DNA of 62,740 bases, the filler included, from Choristocarpus tenellus KU-1152 (lineage: Eukaryota; Protista; Phaeophyceae): assembly GCA_964200185.2 (NCBI GenBank). It is 9 parts of 9 records of this genome, joined end to end, with 100 filler letters (N's around TTAATTAATTAA, not from the genome) between each part and the next. Parts side by side here need not be neighbours in the genome. Positions count along the whole stretch, not along the records: positions 10,294 to 14,578 come from CAXNAD020015292.1; positions 14,679 to 18,043 come from CAXNAD020020516.1; positions 18,144 to 28,397 come from CAXNAD020003036.1; 6 more parts are not named here. One strand, 5' to 3'. This document shows, one piece after another, positions 11,567 to 23,615 of this stretch; positions within the stretch are counted from its first letter, which is position 1, and each line of letters opens with the position of its first letter. The notes below the pieces were generated by a model that was not told the DNA's origin, did no database searches, and was given only the letters and a program-made list of their open reading frames with translations. The position numbers and the translations under genes are program-made.

Positions 11567-12949
11567 AGATGAGAGGTATACCCTGTGGAGAAAAGGATAC
11601 ACTATTGCTTTTGTTTAATATTTGACACGATGATGTACTCTCGTCGTGTACAATGAACGTATCTCCTAGATCACATCCAAATGGAATAAATTTTAAAAAG
11701 AGTAGAAGGCATATATACATACATATATCTTGTGGTCTGTCATGAACGATGTGTAATAAAGATGGACAAACCTTCCGTTTGTGGGGAGTTAATAAAAATT
11801 CCGCGAGTCAGAACTACATTCAGATGTGACCTTAACACGCAATCAGAATCAACACTTGACCACATCTCCACATTAGACGGATCTATCACAACCTACAAAT
11901 TGTGTGTACCCCACAGGTACTTGAAAAAATGAAGATCCTCAAACGTGAAGTGTGGAATTTGAAATTATTTCAAGGAGTTTCCCACACCGATCAGCGATCA
12001 TTCATTTACAGGATATCATGACTGGTAATAGATGTATTAACTGTATTGATCACATCACACAACATTCATTTCCCATTTCCCATAAAATTGCGTTGATTGA
12101 TAAAAAGTGATATGTGAGAAGTAACACCACTCAACAACATCATGGGAGAGAACAAGGTGTCAAGATTTTGATAATCCAAAGCAGAATACAGATATCAACT
12201 ACAATATACAATGTTATAAATTTTATATTTTGATGGAGTCTCAGATCACAACATCACAACCATCATCACATCCCTCAGATTTGTACAAGTGTATCAGGGA
12301 CGTTTACACACCAATCACCAACCATTCATTTAGAAACATCATGAGTGATTGTATCTATCATGCTCACTGACTATACAATCTTCATGTTATTTACACAATC
12401 AGATTGAATGAAAATTTATGAGTGCGAAGTAACCCCACCCAAGAATTGAAAATTAGAAAGCAAACTGTCGAAATTTGGATCATGAATTTCTTGATAGGAA
12501 ACACTGGAAAGTTGAATTCAAATTTTATTAACAGCGATAAAGGATATAAGCAATGATATGAATATCAACATTTTAGGGTGTTGTAATGCTTTCCTGGAGC
12601 ATCACATCACTACGTCACAACCTTCCTCGTCTCCATAAAAGGTGACAAATGTGTATCACATTGTACTTGGTCTAGTTAGGAATTGCCATGATGTTTGCAT
12701 GTTTGGTTTGGTGAGACAACGGAGGCTACTATATTCGGGACAGGAAGAATAGGAAGTGGTGAGGTCACGTTTTCTGTTGTTCTTTCCTAACCCTTGTTGT
12801 AGTTGGAACGACATGTACATAATACGCAAGAAATAATGAGTCCTCATCTTGCACTATTAGTAGGTCAATGATACACTTGCTTCGATGTCATCTGTTTATG
12901 ATTAAGAACACAGCATGCTCTGCATGGTGTGTGTGGGAGTGTGAGGAGG

Positions 12950-13450
12950 GGGCTGAAGGGTACACAACACATCGTAACTCAGTAGGAGCAATTTTGTAAA
13001 CACGCCATATGCTGTCTATTAGTACTTATTACCACTACGTGGTACTTTGTAGGGTGAAAATAAGTAATGAATAGTTGTATGGCTCAAGTATGTCCATGCA
13101 GCAATTTTACTCACTTTATGTTGATCCAAAATACGATATTTGTTATGATGATCCGTGTGGCGTGACCTGCACGCCACACAACACGTACCTGCAAACAACA
13201 GATACTCTGGAGTAATATATTCTAGTATCTCCCCTTTTGAACGAAGTGCAAGACTTACCTTCCTGTGAGAAAGGTCTAAAGGAAACCTATGGATGACGGT
13301 TGCAGGAACTAAGGACATGGAAGATACAATCATTAACCCATCTATATCGTAACATTGTGGGGAAGCGGTGCCATAGGAGTATTATGAGTGGGTATGGTAT
13401 GGCACTCACCTTGAGAAACATAACGATGTTAAGGATTTGTTTGTATATAT
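12950..13450 (-). pseudogene. Highly decayed Ty3/gypsy RNase H-like relic
   Basis: ..EYLLFAG..HTDHHNKYRILDQ..VSKIAA resembles the gypsy RNase H 'EYLL..TDHRNL.YIF' region; many stops and frameshifts. Confidence 0.3.
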
Positions 13451-13960
13451 TTCTCCGGATTATTTGCAATTAATTGTCATCTTTCTTTTGATTAGCACAC
13501 TCAAAGCATGTACTTACACAATTACACAGTACAAGGCTTCAATGGTGTTGGGGGTATCCATCAACTGATAGTCTATATCTTTGTTGTAGTCTATACCTTG
13601 TTGAACTTACTTCGAATGGAGAATTTGTTGGTAGTAACTGTGGTATATTTTGGAGTATCATTTGCCTGGCAAGTTTCTGTATCCTGGGAAAAAGTGTTTT
13701 ACCCATTAGCTTTGTCTTTGGGGCTCTTTCTTCGCTTCTTCTTACGATACCCCCACAATGTACTTTGTGTCCTTTGTGTATTTTTACTGGGCGTTTCCAG
13801 TTATTAACAAAGGTGGTGGAGGGGGGATGACGCTACATATCATCCGCTTCATGGCGCAACACTGCTACCTCAGGAGGAGCAGTGGCTGACCGCATCTCAG
13901 TGTAGGAGGCAAAGGTATACGCTCCACGCAGCAAACCGCAGATGCAGCGATACCCACCTA

Positions 13961-14382
13961 TGTTACAGGCGAATAGCGCAAGTATTTATTCCTGCGCTCT
14001 AACAAGCGTGGGCAGCATACGGGTTGTGGAATCCCCAAAAAGGGAACTCCGATTCGCTAAAAGTTGTAGAGTAAGATATGTAACTTGAGAATATCTGCAA
14101 CAGTTTTCAGATATACTCCAGTGTCTGTAAGCCAAAAAAAATAGGTGATGCACGAAGAGAAGCCTACCTTCCATACATTTTATCTTCATCTCCTAGCCTG
14201 ACATTCACCATCCTTATTGGACCTTTCGACTGTTAAGAGTATCTCAGGAGTCCTGAACAGGCATCAGCGCCATCTTTAGGTGGGTGGGTTGGAGCTATAC
14301 ATCCTGTGGAGGTAAGTTATGGAGTGTGCTGTAACGTGTAGGTCCTACTAAGACTTCGGTGTTATAACATGGAGGTCCTATC
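13961..14382 (+). mobile_element. 5' LTR with tRNA-Gln-type primer binding site (duplicated)
   Basis: Starts TGTTACAGGCGAATAGCGC (same 19-mer at 59553), ends CTGTAACG (14336). It is followed by TGTAGGTCCTACTAAGA, then again TAACA + TGGAGGTCCTA (14370-14380), complementary to a typical eukaryotic tRNA-Gln 3' end. Confidence 0.6.
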
Positions 14383-14578
14383 TTGTCTCTTCAAACTGGA
14401 GAAAATACTCAGTATTCACCTCAGCAATTAGGATTCTTGATAGTTCCCTACTATGGCCTGGATTTCTTCTGCATGGTTTCGTCGTCTCCTTGGAGCGCTT
14501 TCACGATCTACCCCTTCTACCCTTTCTAACTTAGAGGAGACGGGACTGGTATGATGGCATCTGTGACTCCAAGGGAGG

Positions 14579-14678
14579 NNNNNNNNNNNNNNNNNNNNNN
14601 NNNNNNNNNNNNNNNNNNNNNNTTAATTAATTAANNNNNNNNNNNNNNNNNNNNNNNNNNNNNNNNNNNNNNNNNNNN
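14579..14678. other. Artificial contig linker
   Basis: N-run, TTAATTAATTAA, N-run. Confidence 0.98.
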
Positions 14679-14770
14679 TAACAAACACGATAGTCAAAAT
14701 TATCAAAATCACAACATTGTCTTTTGACCCTCAATTGGACGAGGCTCTACCCTCTAAGATACTTTGGCTC
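14679..14770. mobile_element. Sola2-like MITE family 1, partial copy at contig start
   Basis: ACACGATAGTCAAAATT...TACCCTCTAAGATACTTTGGCTC matches the right arm of copy A. Confidence 0.8.
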
Positions 14771-14836
14771 TTCTGCCTCCAATACGTGTCACTGAAAAAA
14801 ACTGCATACTGATTGGCGTCCTCGACATTGACTTAT

Positions 14837-15095
14837 GAGCCAAAGTATCTCGGAGGGTAGACCCGCGTCCGTTTGGTGACCAAAATCCAATGTTGAAAAT
14901 TTTATATAAATTTGACTATCGTGTTTGTTAGGAAGTGTCAATATCCTTGTTCCAGGCACACCTTTTCATAACATTAACATTATACCTACTTCGAAACATT
15001 TCGGAGTAGGTAAATTGTCATAAAGAACCTGTGGGAAGCCACGCCCCAAATGGACAAACAGGGCAATATTCCTACCCTCTGAGATACTTTCACTC
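14837..15095. mobile_element. Sola2-like MITE family 1, copy B
   Basis: GAGCCAAAGTATCTCGGAGGGTA...TACCCTCTGAGATACTTTCACTC, perfect TSD TTAT. Confidence 0.85.
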
Positions 15096-15384
15096 TTATT
15101 TCAAACTAATTCGCCCCGCAAGTCACCTCCATTAAACACGTTCACCACGTCAATCATATCGTTTGCTCTGCCCAATTGACATGCTATCGTACTTCCAATG
15201 CACTCTCCCATTTTTGACATCACCATCGTCCCCTCCTCTCCTCAACGACGTCCTCCGCCGTCTCCATTACTAGATTATCGAGAAGGACTCGGCTCTACGC
15301 GCTTACCTCACCACCTGGGATGGTAAATACCAGGATGTACTCAACCAGGTCAACCTCCACCAGGTTCACAGCGGGCGGGGCTGT

Positions 15385-16300
15385 GATGGCGGCGGCGCAG
15401 AAGTTGAGAGCAACAACGGATCGGCATCAGATGGCCGTGAGAAAGAAGACAAGGGAGGGGACGAACACAAAGGAGGGGACGAAGACGAGGGAGGGAACGG
15501 ACTGCCAGACAGGGAGGATACGGGCGAAGAGGGTTCTGTTGGCAGTGTTCCTGGTGCGGAAGAAGAACAAAACGAAGAGGGAGGGTGGAACACGGGCGTT
15601 TACTATACTGAATGCAATCCTCCACCTACGTCTCGGTGAGTAATGTAGTTGTAACGGTGCATGTGTAGGGCGGAGTGTAATTAATAGCGTAAGATTGGCT
15701 TCCATCCAATCCCCCGAACGAATAGATACGTTGTATCGTTTCAGCGGCGCACGCCATTGAACCGGTGGAATGTTGCGGGGTCCCTCTGTGTGCGGCGCTG
15801 CGGTCGCTACCCCCACGTCTCTTTATTTGCCACTGTCCGATTGTGTGTTAATGCATGTACATCACCGACTGTTGTATCTCACCTGTACTACTTCGTGCTG
15901 TTTTGCGCCGCCAATTTCGTGGTCCTTCGTAACCGTGGATCCCCGTGTTGCGTTGTTGCGCCCAATTAATGTTTTCGAAAAATACTATCCTGTCTGTTTA
16001 ACACTCTCGTTCGATGACACGCGTGACAGGTATACATGCCCAAAGTGCTCTATCACGCATATGGGCGAATGTGCCTACGTGGATATTGTAGGCGACAAGA
16101 GGCACAAGGATCGATTATGTATCAATTGCCCCATGGCACAGGAGGGCAGTGAAGGATCTGGATCGGTGGAGAACGAAGCGGCGGGTCAGGGCAGGGGCAA
16201 GGGCAAGGGTAAGGCTCGTGCAAGGAGCGCGGGCGGGTCACCCACGACGCAAAGCCTTTTACGTCCCCCCTCACGCAGCGAAACGGCCGACATGGAGAAG
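15385..16300 (+). CDS. Putative spliced gene fragment: acidic low-complexity exon + Cys/His zinc-finger-like exon
   Basis: Open frame DGGGAEVESNN..GGDEDEGG..YYTECNPPPTS ends at CG|GTGAGT (15635) and joins in phase at ACAG|G (16030) to YTCPKCSITHMGEC..LCINC. Outer boundaries uncertain. Confidence 0.45.
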
Positions 16301-16589
16301 TGCATGTGGGTCTCGGTGTGGTTGCACATTATACAGACACACAAGTCGTCTCTGTGTGTTTGTTTTCGTGGTGGTTTGCACATAGGTCTTGGCTGCTTGT
16401 ACATCATGTGGATTGCTCGTCCTTTGTACCTTAATTGTGTGGCTTTTTTGGAGGGTTCCATGGGCCATGGAGCTTAGTGTTTTGACGTCTACCCTCCTTC
16501 CACGAGATGTATCTGATGAGTCTGGCGTTGTGGAGAGTACGGCCTGACATTTTGGAGATGCAGTGGAAATATTGTCAGGAACTCACTTA

Positions 16590-17880
16590 ATGAAAAGATT
16601 GCCTGCACCATAGCTTACTATGCCGTCCTTCTTGTCATGCTGTCTGTCTACTGTGTCGTGTGTCATGATGTCCAAGCAGGAGTGAGAACACTGCACTACA
16701 CGACCTTCGCCCTCTCGACCCCACAGTATCCTTAGATACAATTGGTGATTTCGGCTTCCGCAACGCGCCAAAGCTCGCCATAGTATCCATTCCCGCCGAG
16801 CCAAGACTCCTCATCGACGAAGAGGCGACCAACACACACCTGCGCGAGATACTTCAGTGCTTGTGGCCTAAGATGCATCCTTAGGGCACCATCGCGCTCA
16901 TTGTGCCCCACCCGTGGAAGGCGCAATTATACCGCCTAGTAGGTGAGTTGCAGAGTTCGCAAGTGCTGGAATACGGGGTATATTGCGGGAGACTGATGCG
17001 ATCCGCCATGGCCGTTATCATTCCGTCCATGTGCCGATCGAATATTGTGCGACCGTTCAGGAGATGCGGATTAGGTCGTATGTATTCCTTTTTCACTTTC
17101 CCCATGTTGTTTCATGTCCTTCGTATCTTCTACTTCCTTTTGTGTCGCTTGCTCTTTTCCCCCGGCAACTACGTACTTCTTTGCTTCATTGTCCGCGAAT
17201 CGCATGCTGGCGTTACTCATCTTCACTACATTGTTTTTGCCATATTTACTTCTATTATTACTTAATTTCCAATTGTTTGCAATTTTTGCATTGGTTATTT
17301 GCCTTGCGTTCCACACTCATTGTACTATTATAATGTTAGTGGTATGAGATTTTATGAATCCCTACGATAACTACTTGTGTGATGTCACCATCAAGTTTGA
17401 TGCATGCCAGACCCACTCGCTCACTCCCACCTTCTCTTCATTCAGAGGCTCTTACTGCGTTGAAGGTGGGCTTAATTGTGGAGGATCATCCCCTAACCCT
17501 AATATACAAGACGAGGAGGGGGGGCGCCCTCAATTAGGCGCAGATAACCATCTCAGATGTTGTCAGGACATGATTCTTCTCGCGCACAACGATGGGACAA
17601 TGTTCACATGCAATAAGCGAGTCGCCGTCGACGACATCTTTGGCTACGGGCGTGATGCATCTCCTCCGGTACTCCAAACCATGTTGGACGTCGAATATGA
17701 AGGTGCTGCCTCGGACATCCCCATGAGAGCCCTCCACTTCCTCCTTGACAGGTTCGTTAATAACGTCCCACACATCCTTCATCACAGAAGCAGCGATTTT
17801 TTTTGTATAGGTGTAGGACATCGTTAAACAGTAACAGAATGAGCTGGGTGACGGTTCAGGGGCATCAATCCATCCCACGA
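16590..17880 (-). pseudogene. Cys-rich decayed ORF, possibly a KDZ (Kyakuja-Dileera-Zisupton) transposase relic
   Basis: DGDSLIACEHCP (PHD-like), CELC..YNCAFH, GWGTMSAMVP*GCILGHKH and VDRQH..GRHSKLWCRQ resemble KDZ motifs from memory; broken by stops and frameshifts. Confidence 0.3.
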
Positions 17881-18043
17881 GTTTCTTTCCCGAATCGGTA
17901 CGTTAAGCGTCAAAATGCACCAAGAGTGTGTTGCCCTGTATCGGAACGTTACTCATACATTGCGACATGATGAATCCGTGCGCAATACAATATACCACGT
18001 TAGGGCTAATTTACGAACTGCCCTCCTACGATAGGTACACGAA

Positions 18044-18143
18044 NNNNNNNNNNNNNNNNNNNNNNNNNNNNNNNNNNNNNNNNNNNNTTAATTAATTAAN
18101 NNNNNNNNNNNNNNNNNNNNNNNNNNNNNNNNNNNNNNNNNNN
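18044..18143. other. Artificial contig linker
   Basis: N-run, TTAATTAATTAA, N-run. Confidence 0.98.
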
Positions 18144-18443
18144 CCCCCAGATATTTTTAGCCTCTGGTACGGTACCTCGAGTGGTGTGGATTGGTGCAGC
18201 CTCTCCATGACAACACGAACAATTCGCACTTTCTTGCGGACGATTCAACGCATCTACACCAATCAGAACATCTACACCAATCAGAACGTCCGTTTCATGC
18301 TGGTCAAATTTTTATTGGACCTCACACAGAAAAAGAAACAGTAGAATATGCCTCTCCCATTTGCTTCCTCCGCAGTAGGTGTCGCTTATAGACATACCAA
18401 CAAATAGACACATAGACTAAAGCCCCTTTCAGCACACACTCAC

Positions 18444-21400
18444 CTGTAGCAAAATTGGCTGTGGCGCTTGTCCGGGGACGGCAATCCACAATGGGTAGGA
18501 TACGAGTTGGGGACGCTGCAGCTAGGTGTGCCAGCATTTGTTCGTCCTCTGTGCAAGACGCCCTTGACATGCCAATCTGACACAAGTAGAGTATATAGTG
18601 TACATGAGATTAGAGTTTAGTGTACATGAGAGTAGAGCATAGTGTACATGAGAGTAGAGCATAGTGCAAGTCTGCATGACTCGAGGGCTGTCTGGTAAGG
18701 CCTCACAGACATAAACTGAAAAAACAACCTTTAGCAATGGGTGTGTTACACTTAATACAAGCAATTCATGAACATGGTACAAATTCCTGGGGGGATGCTG
18801 GAACATGAACACGAGCAAGGGTCTTTTACCAACCTAAGTCTCACTACCTTTCCCCAAGCTGGCGAGGACTAGACACACCAAACAAACTAAAAAAATGTGA
18901 CTTTGTGGAACATCAACATGAGGTGTGACAAGGTCACAACATGCAGCCTTCGCTTCTGCACATCTGTGCCAGATTGTATGCTTAGATGGGTGTGAGTGAG
19001 ACTAGGCTACTTTGTAGCGAGAGAGACCTCAGCAACTTACTTGTAGAAAAAAAATCTCAGAACATTTTGACGCCACTACCCTCACCAACACTGAATGCAG
19101 TACCTCGACATTCAGTACTGAGTAAAGAGTGCAACAACAGAACCCCTACCCCAATCTCTCCCCTTTTCACTACTTGCTTAGCACTTGATCGAACTGAGGT
19201 GTACCTTGGGCTGACTAGAACGCCAGATGGAGGTAGAGTCAGTCCTTTTCCCCCAACACAACACTGGCATGCGCTGTTCACTCCTGAACCTAGCTACTGC
19301 CTCAACTTGTCCATTTGACATGCCCGCTGGCACTACAATGAGGGAGGGGTATGTCTGGCACAGTTCATACCACTGATTGAGACCTGTCAACCTTAGGGTG
19401 AGGGATGGGGTTGGGGGTGAGAGAAACAACAAGTTGAGAACACAGTCGGGGAATCAGACACTGACACACATACCAATTGCCCGGGCAAGAAGAGAGCCTT
19501 GGAAGAGCGATATCGCACCAGAGTAAATGAGATATCTTGTGTGATGGTGCCTGGCTCCCTAACCAGGGTAGAGAGCTTGAAAGGCGCGCACAGGAACACA
19601 TTATGGCAGCTGAGGCAGCCATGCACTCCCTTGGAGTGCATCAGAATGTACTTATCCAAAGGCTTCATTCAAAAGGTAGAGTACCCACATTGATTGCGCT
19701 GCACTATGCCCATTGGACTGTGCCACCAAAGCTCTGTCTCTCCATCATTGAACCTATCCATTTCTTCAATGAAGAGAATTTGGCTTGATACAGTACTTGG
19801 CTAGCACATTGTGGGTCTAGTCATGAACTAGTCATGAACGCCCTTCGTGATCAAAAAATCAATCTTGACAAGAGCGGGAACTAACTGCAAGGAGACAGTA
19901 ATACCCCAACAGCATACTCACCGCCAAGGGCTAGGGGTACTGTTGGGTCGTGGGTTGACGATCCCCATACGCTCGTACTCCTGGCGAGAGTCAAATAGGT
20001 CCCATCCAGGATCCCTAAGTGTCGTGTCACTGAATGCAAAAAGATGTTCAATCTTCCGTAATGTCAACACCACCGCAGTCAGGAAGACAGGGGTTGAAGG
20101 TACTGTTAGAACCATATGACTGAGAGGGTCGAAGACCATCAAGGATAGAATAAATAAAATATAGTCACATACCACCAAGTGTACCCTTACGGCACACAGG
20201 ACTCCAATGACCCAGCATGTTATTAAAAACACATCGAAACCCATGCTGCAGTGAGTGAGGGTGTGTGCAATCCAGCTGATTAACGAAGTCCTTCCTCCAC
20301 ATTGAGGGCATTGCACGAGATGAAGTGCAAGACAACCCCGCCCACTGAAAGGACCACAGTTTTGCTCTCAACACAATCTGCGTACGGGATTCATGTGATT
20401 CTCAACTGTGATTCTCAACTCGGTTGGGAGAGTGTGACATGGACATTAACACAGGTACACGGCCTATCCCCCACAAGAGGTAAGGGCAAGCATGAGAAAA
20501 TGCTTCTCCTCACCTTGCTGGGGTATACCAGTGTCAAGAGCACCGTGTATGCTTTGTTACCTTCATCGGAAGATCCAAGGGTCACGTGTAACTTCCTCAA
20601 GTCCTGTCAATGTTTCAAAAAGGCATTTGAGGGTTTAGCTTTTTCCTTGAATTGGCCCCATCGCCGCCACTAGGATGCATGGTACTCGTGAAGTACACAG
20701 GTCTTGACTAATCAATGGAACGACAATTGCAACTAGTGGAGTACTTCCACACTTTATACCCAAATTGTGAGTTGAGCAGGCACAATGGAACCACAGAGTT
20801 TATTATTGCTTCCACAATATGGTGTCTGGTTCTCAAACGAAGTGTTACCTTGGTATATATGATGACACTAACTTCATTGTTGTAGAGCTTTTCTACCCTG
20901 CTGTTAGTCTTCCTCTCCGCCTCCCTCTCCACCCTGTCAACTGATGCCACAGGGATCTGTACGGAAGAGTCAAATACACGGTCATCACAACACAACCTCA
21001 GATGAGTTGAAAGGATAGCTTGAGTATCCTCTTATTTAATACGGAAAGGGTTTCAACTCGCCATTTTGCAACCTGAGCGTAGCACCTAAGTATATCTTTG
21101 CATGGATGATGTCATGCACTTTGAGGTAACTCTTGCAACGCCTTCCAAAACAAAGAGATCTCCTTGTGTATCGCAGTGATGCAAAGGAGCATTGATAAAT
21201 CATGTCTGCAGTCAATATCCACTAACCCTCCACTCCACCTCACGCATATACACACAGCAATGCAGGAAAACAAGGACATGTTTTCGCCATTACCTCCAGG
21301 TAATCTCTGGGTAGATGACCAATGACATTGGTGAAACAGCTCCTTCCACTATAGCCATCCTCACCAGAGCTACCTGGGGTGCCACCTCCACGGCCATTGC

Positions 21401-22982
21401 TATTTTTTGGAATGAGTACCAACTTGTATGAGGTCATGATCATACAAGAAGGTACCATCTTGGTAGCACATAGTAGACAAATGACAATAAAAAAGAATCA
21501 GGGAGGGAGTTTACAGGTGTTCAATACACTGACAAAAAATTATACCCTCAAAACTTGCACCAATTCATAAACTGCATCAAGTGAATCGGGGAGCACATTA
21601 CTCAAAGACTTACCAAACTCTGTGGACCTTATTGGCAAGACCATGAGACAGAATATTGTTTGTCAAGGATACTAACACGTCAATCTTGGGAATGCAGCAT
21701 TCAACTCTGGTTGTGCACACATGTATGGAATGAGGTGCAATTAGCAACCAAGTGCCAGGCAAAGAAAATGCAATCAGAGGGTTTTCTTATACATTTCAAA
21801 CTTGCAAAGATGATGCAATGACGAAATAAACAAAAGCAAACCTAAATCGAAGTCTATGCTGGGCATTGCTGCCAGAAATAGCTTCAAGCCTAGCTAGGTT
21901 CATTCATCTGTGATCGGATTGTTTGTTTCAAAAATAGATCTCTGACTGTGTGGATCAGGTTCCAGACCATACCTTGCCATCCAATCCCTCCAAAGATGCA
22001 TCCTGCAGTTTCACCATTATGATCTCTCCTGCCAAGTACTCGATACCCTCCTTTGTCAATATCTGCAAGAGAAGGCAAGCATCTTCTAAGATACGATCCG
22101 TCTACGCGCAAAAGCTGGATGCTTGGGAAGGATGTACAATTCGAAGTATAATGCGACACTGTGTCTTCTTGCGTTTGCTCATCCATCACAGCTCCCTCCT
22201 TGCTTTGACAGCACCACAACAGGGAAATATATACGAGCAATCACTGAGAAACGTCACATCCAAGCACTTTAAGGCTTAACAGGCAGAGGAAGACGCAAAA
22301 TAGTGCATAAGGATTGATGCGTACCTTCCTTGTGTTCGCATTACCCACCTTCGCTACTGGTTCGTTACTCATTGTGTTCCTTCCCGCATCTTGAACCTGA
22401 TAGTTTTCTCCTTGGTCTACGAGCACCCGGCCATCACTACTGGATGGCGTGGTCATGATAAAAGCGGGAGTAGGACGGAGTGCCTGAGCATCCGCAGCAA
22501 TAGAGTGACAACGGGGTAACGTCTCAGGTCAACTAACAAAACAACCCCGCGTTGGTGTCCAGACCCCCACTGTATAAACATGACTTTGCACTTCTCAAAA
22601 CAGCCTAAAAAGAGCACTCTCCTTGATGTCATATCTGGAAGATGAAATCAAGACTTACATGCAGCACCTTAGGAGGACTGGGCATGTCCAAGGGTTGCAC
22701 TACAGAGCCTGTAGTCCGACTTCCTCCAGGTATTTCCTCCACGTCATGGCTGCGACTCCCTCGAAGACTTGTCGGCCTAGACTGTGCAGGGGCCAAATAA
22801 ACCGCCGGCGCTATTCTATCCTGAGCATTTCCTGGACCCTCGCTATCAACATGGTGAATAGCTGGGGTGGCATGTGATCCTCCATCCTCTAGTGCGAAGG
22901 CAGATAAAGGATCAAGGTCCACCCGAATGCCATTCTCTCCCCCACCTCCCACCTTCCCAAGCTTGCTGCGGTGCAGTGCCAT
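18444..22982 (-). CDS. Myotubularin-family phosphoinositide phosphatase, 5' part (catalytic motif beyond the contig end)
   Basis: Exons 22982-22659, 22522-22325, ~22198-21950 (boundaries uncertain), 21458-21294, 20956-20849, 20603-20514, 20052-19922, 19391-19205, 18576-18444; the other junctions are phase-consistent. Motifs LFAF..GWDLFDSRQEYERMG, WRLTGLNQWYELCQTYPSLIVVP, VARFRSEQRMPVLCW, IWRSSQP, IVDCRPRTSATAN. Confidence 0.9.
18587..18666. repeat. ~24-bp tandem repeat (AGAGCATAGTGTACATGAGAGT-like) in a myotubularin intron
   Basis: About 3.5 imperfect copies. Confidence 0.75.
19430..19700 (+). mobile_element. Penelope-like GIY-YIG endonuclease fragment inside a myotubularin intron (antisense)
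   Basis: RVNEISCVMVPGS(frameshift)QGRELERRAQEH resembles the consensus VVYEI.C..C...YIGQTGR.L..R..EH. Confidence 0.5.
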
Positions 22983-23284
22983 ACTCAGCAATAATAAACA
23001 CCGCCCAGCAATGCATAGAACCGCAGAACTTGCCCCGCGTGGCAAACCCTGACAATGGTGGGAAAGAAGGGGAGACTTTCGACCTTCACACCTTCACCTT
23101 GTCAGACAAGAAATCGGACAGATATTTCTCAATTGTACCGAGGGTTGTAAGCGTTTATTATACCGAATAGGAACCACAGATATTGGATATTTTCATGTAT
23201 GAGATATACTATTTTTTCGATTGATTCTATTATGGTGTTGTATCATCAAGCACAAATCGACTACAAGAAGATATCATATTGAAT

Positions 23285-23615
23285 AGTAGTGTGTTTTCTC
23301 ACCTCAATCACGAGTACTGGTGAGAATTACGTATATTGTGCGTCCCCTCCAACTTCACCGGGAAAACAATGTACCCGTGTCCATGTGTTTTATCGATCTA
23401 CCCAAAGCGTATGACTCTGTTCATGATCGCCTGTATGTTGTACTGATCAAATTTGGTACACCTTCAAAGATTTCTTTAATATACTAATTCATTATGGCAT
23501 GAGGGCATGTCATCGTGTGAGTGACGATGAGTAAACAGACAGGTTCGAGGTTGGACAGGGCCTTTCCTTTAACAAGGATGTGTTCTTCCTCCAATCGTCT
23601 TAAATATATTCATTA
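23285..23615 (+). mobile_element. Non-LTR retrotransposon (RTE-like) reverse transcriptase fragment
   Basis: NVPVSMCFIDLPKAYDSV..FG.P.K..GMRA..FEVGQGL..QGCVLPPIVLNIF are conserved LINE RT segments, with frameshifts and stops. Confidence 0.8.

Noticed and set aside
18250-18288. Tandem CCAATCAGAA boxes as a promoter
   Set aside because: An 18-bp tandem duplication inside a myotubularin intron near a contig-edge repeat, with no associated gene start.
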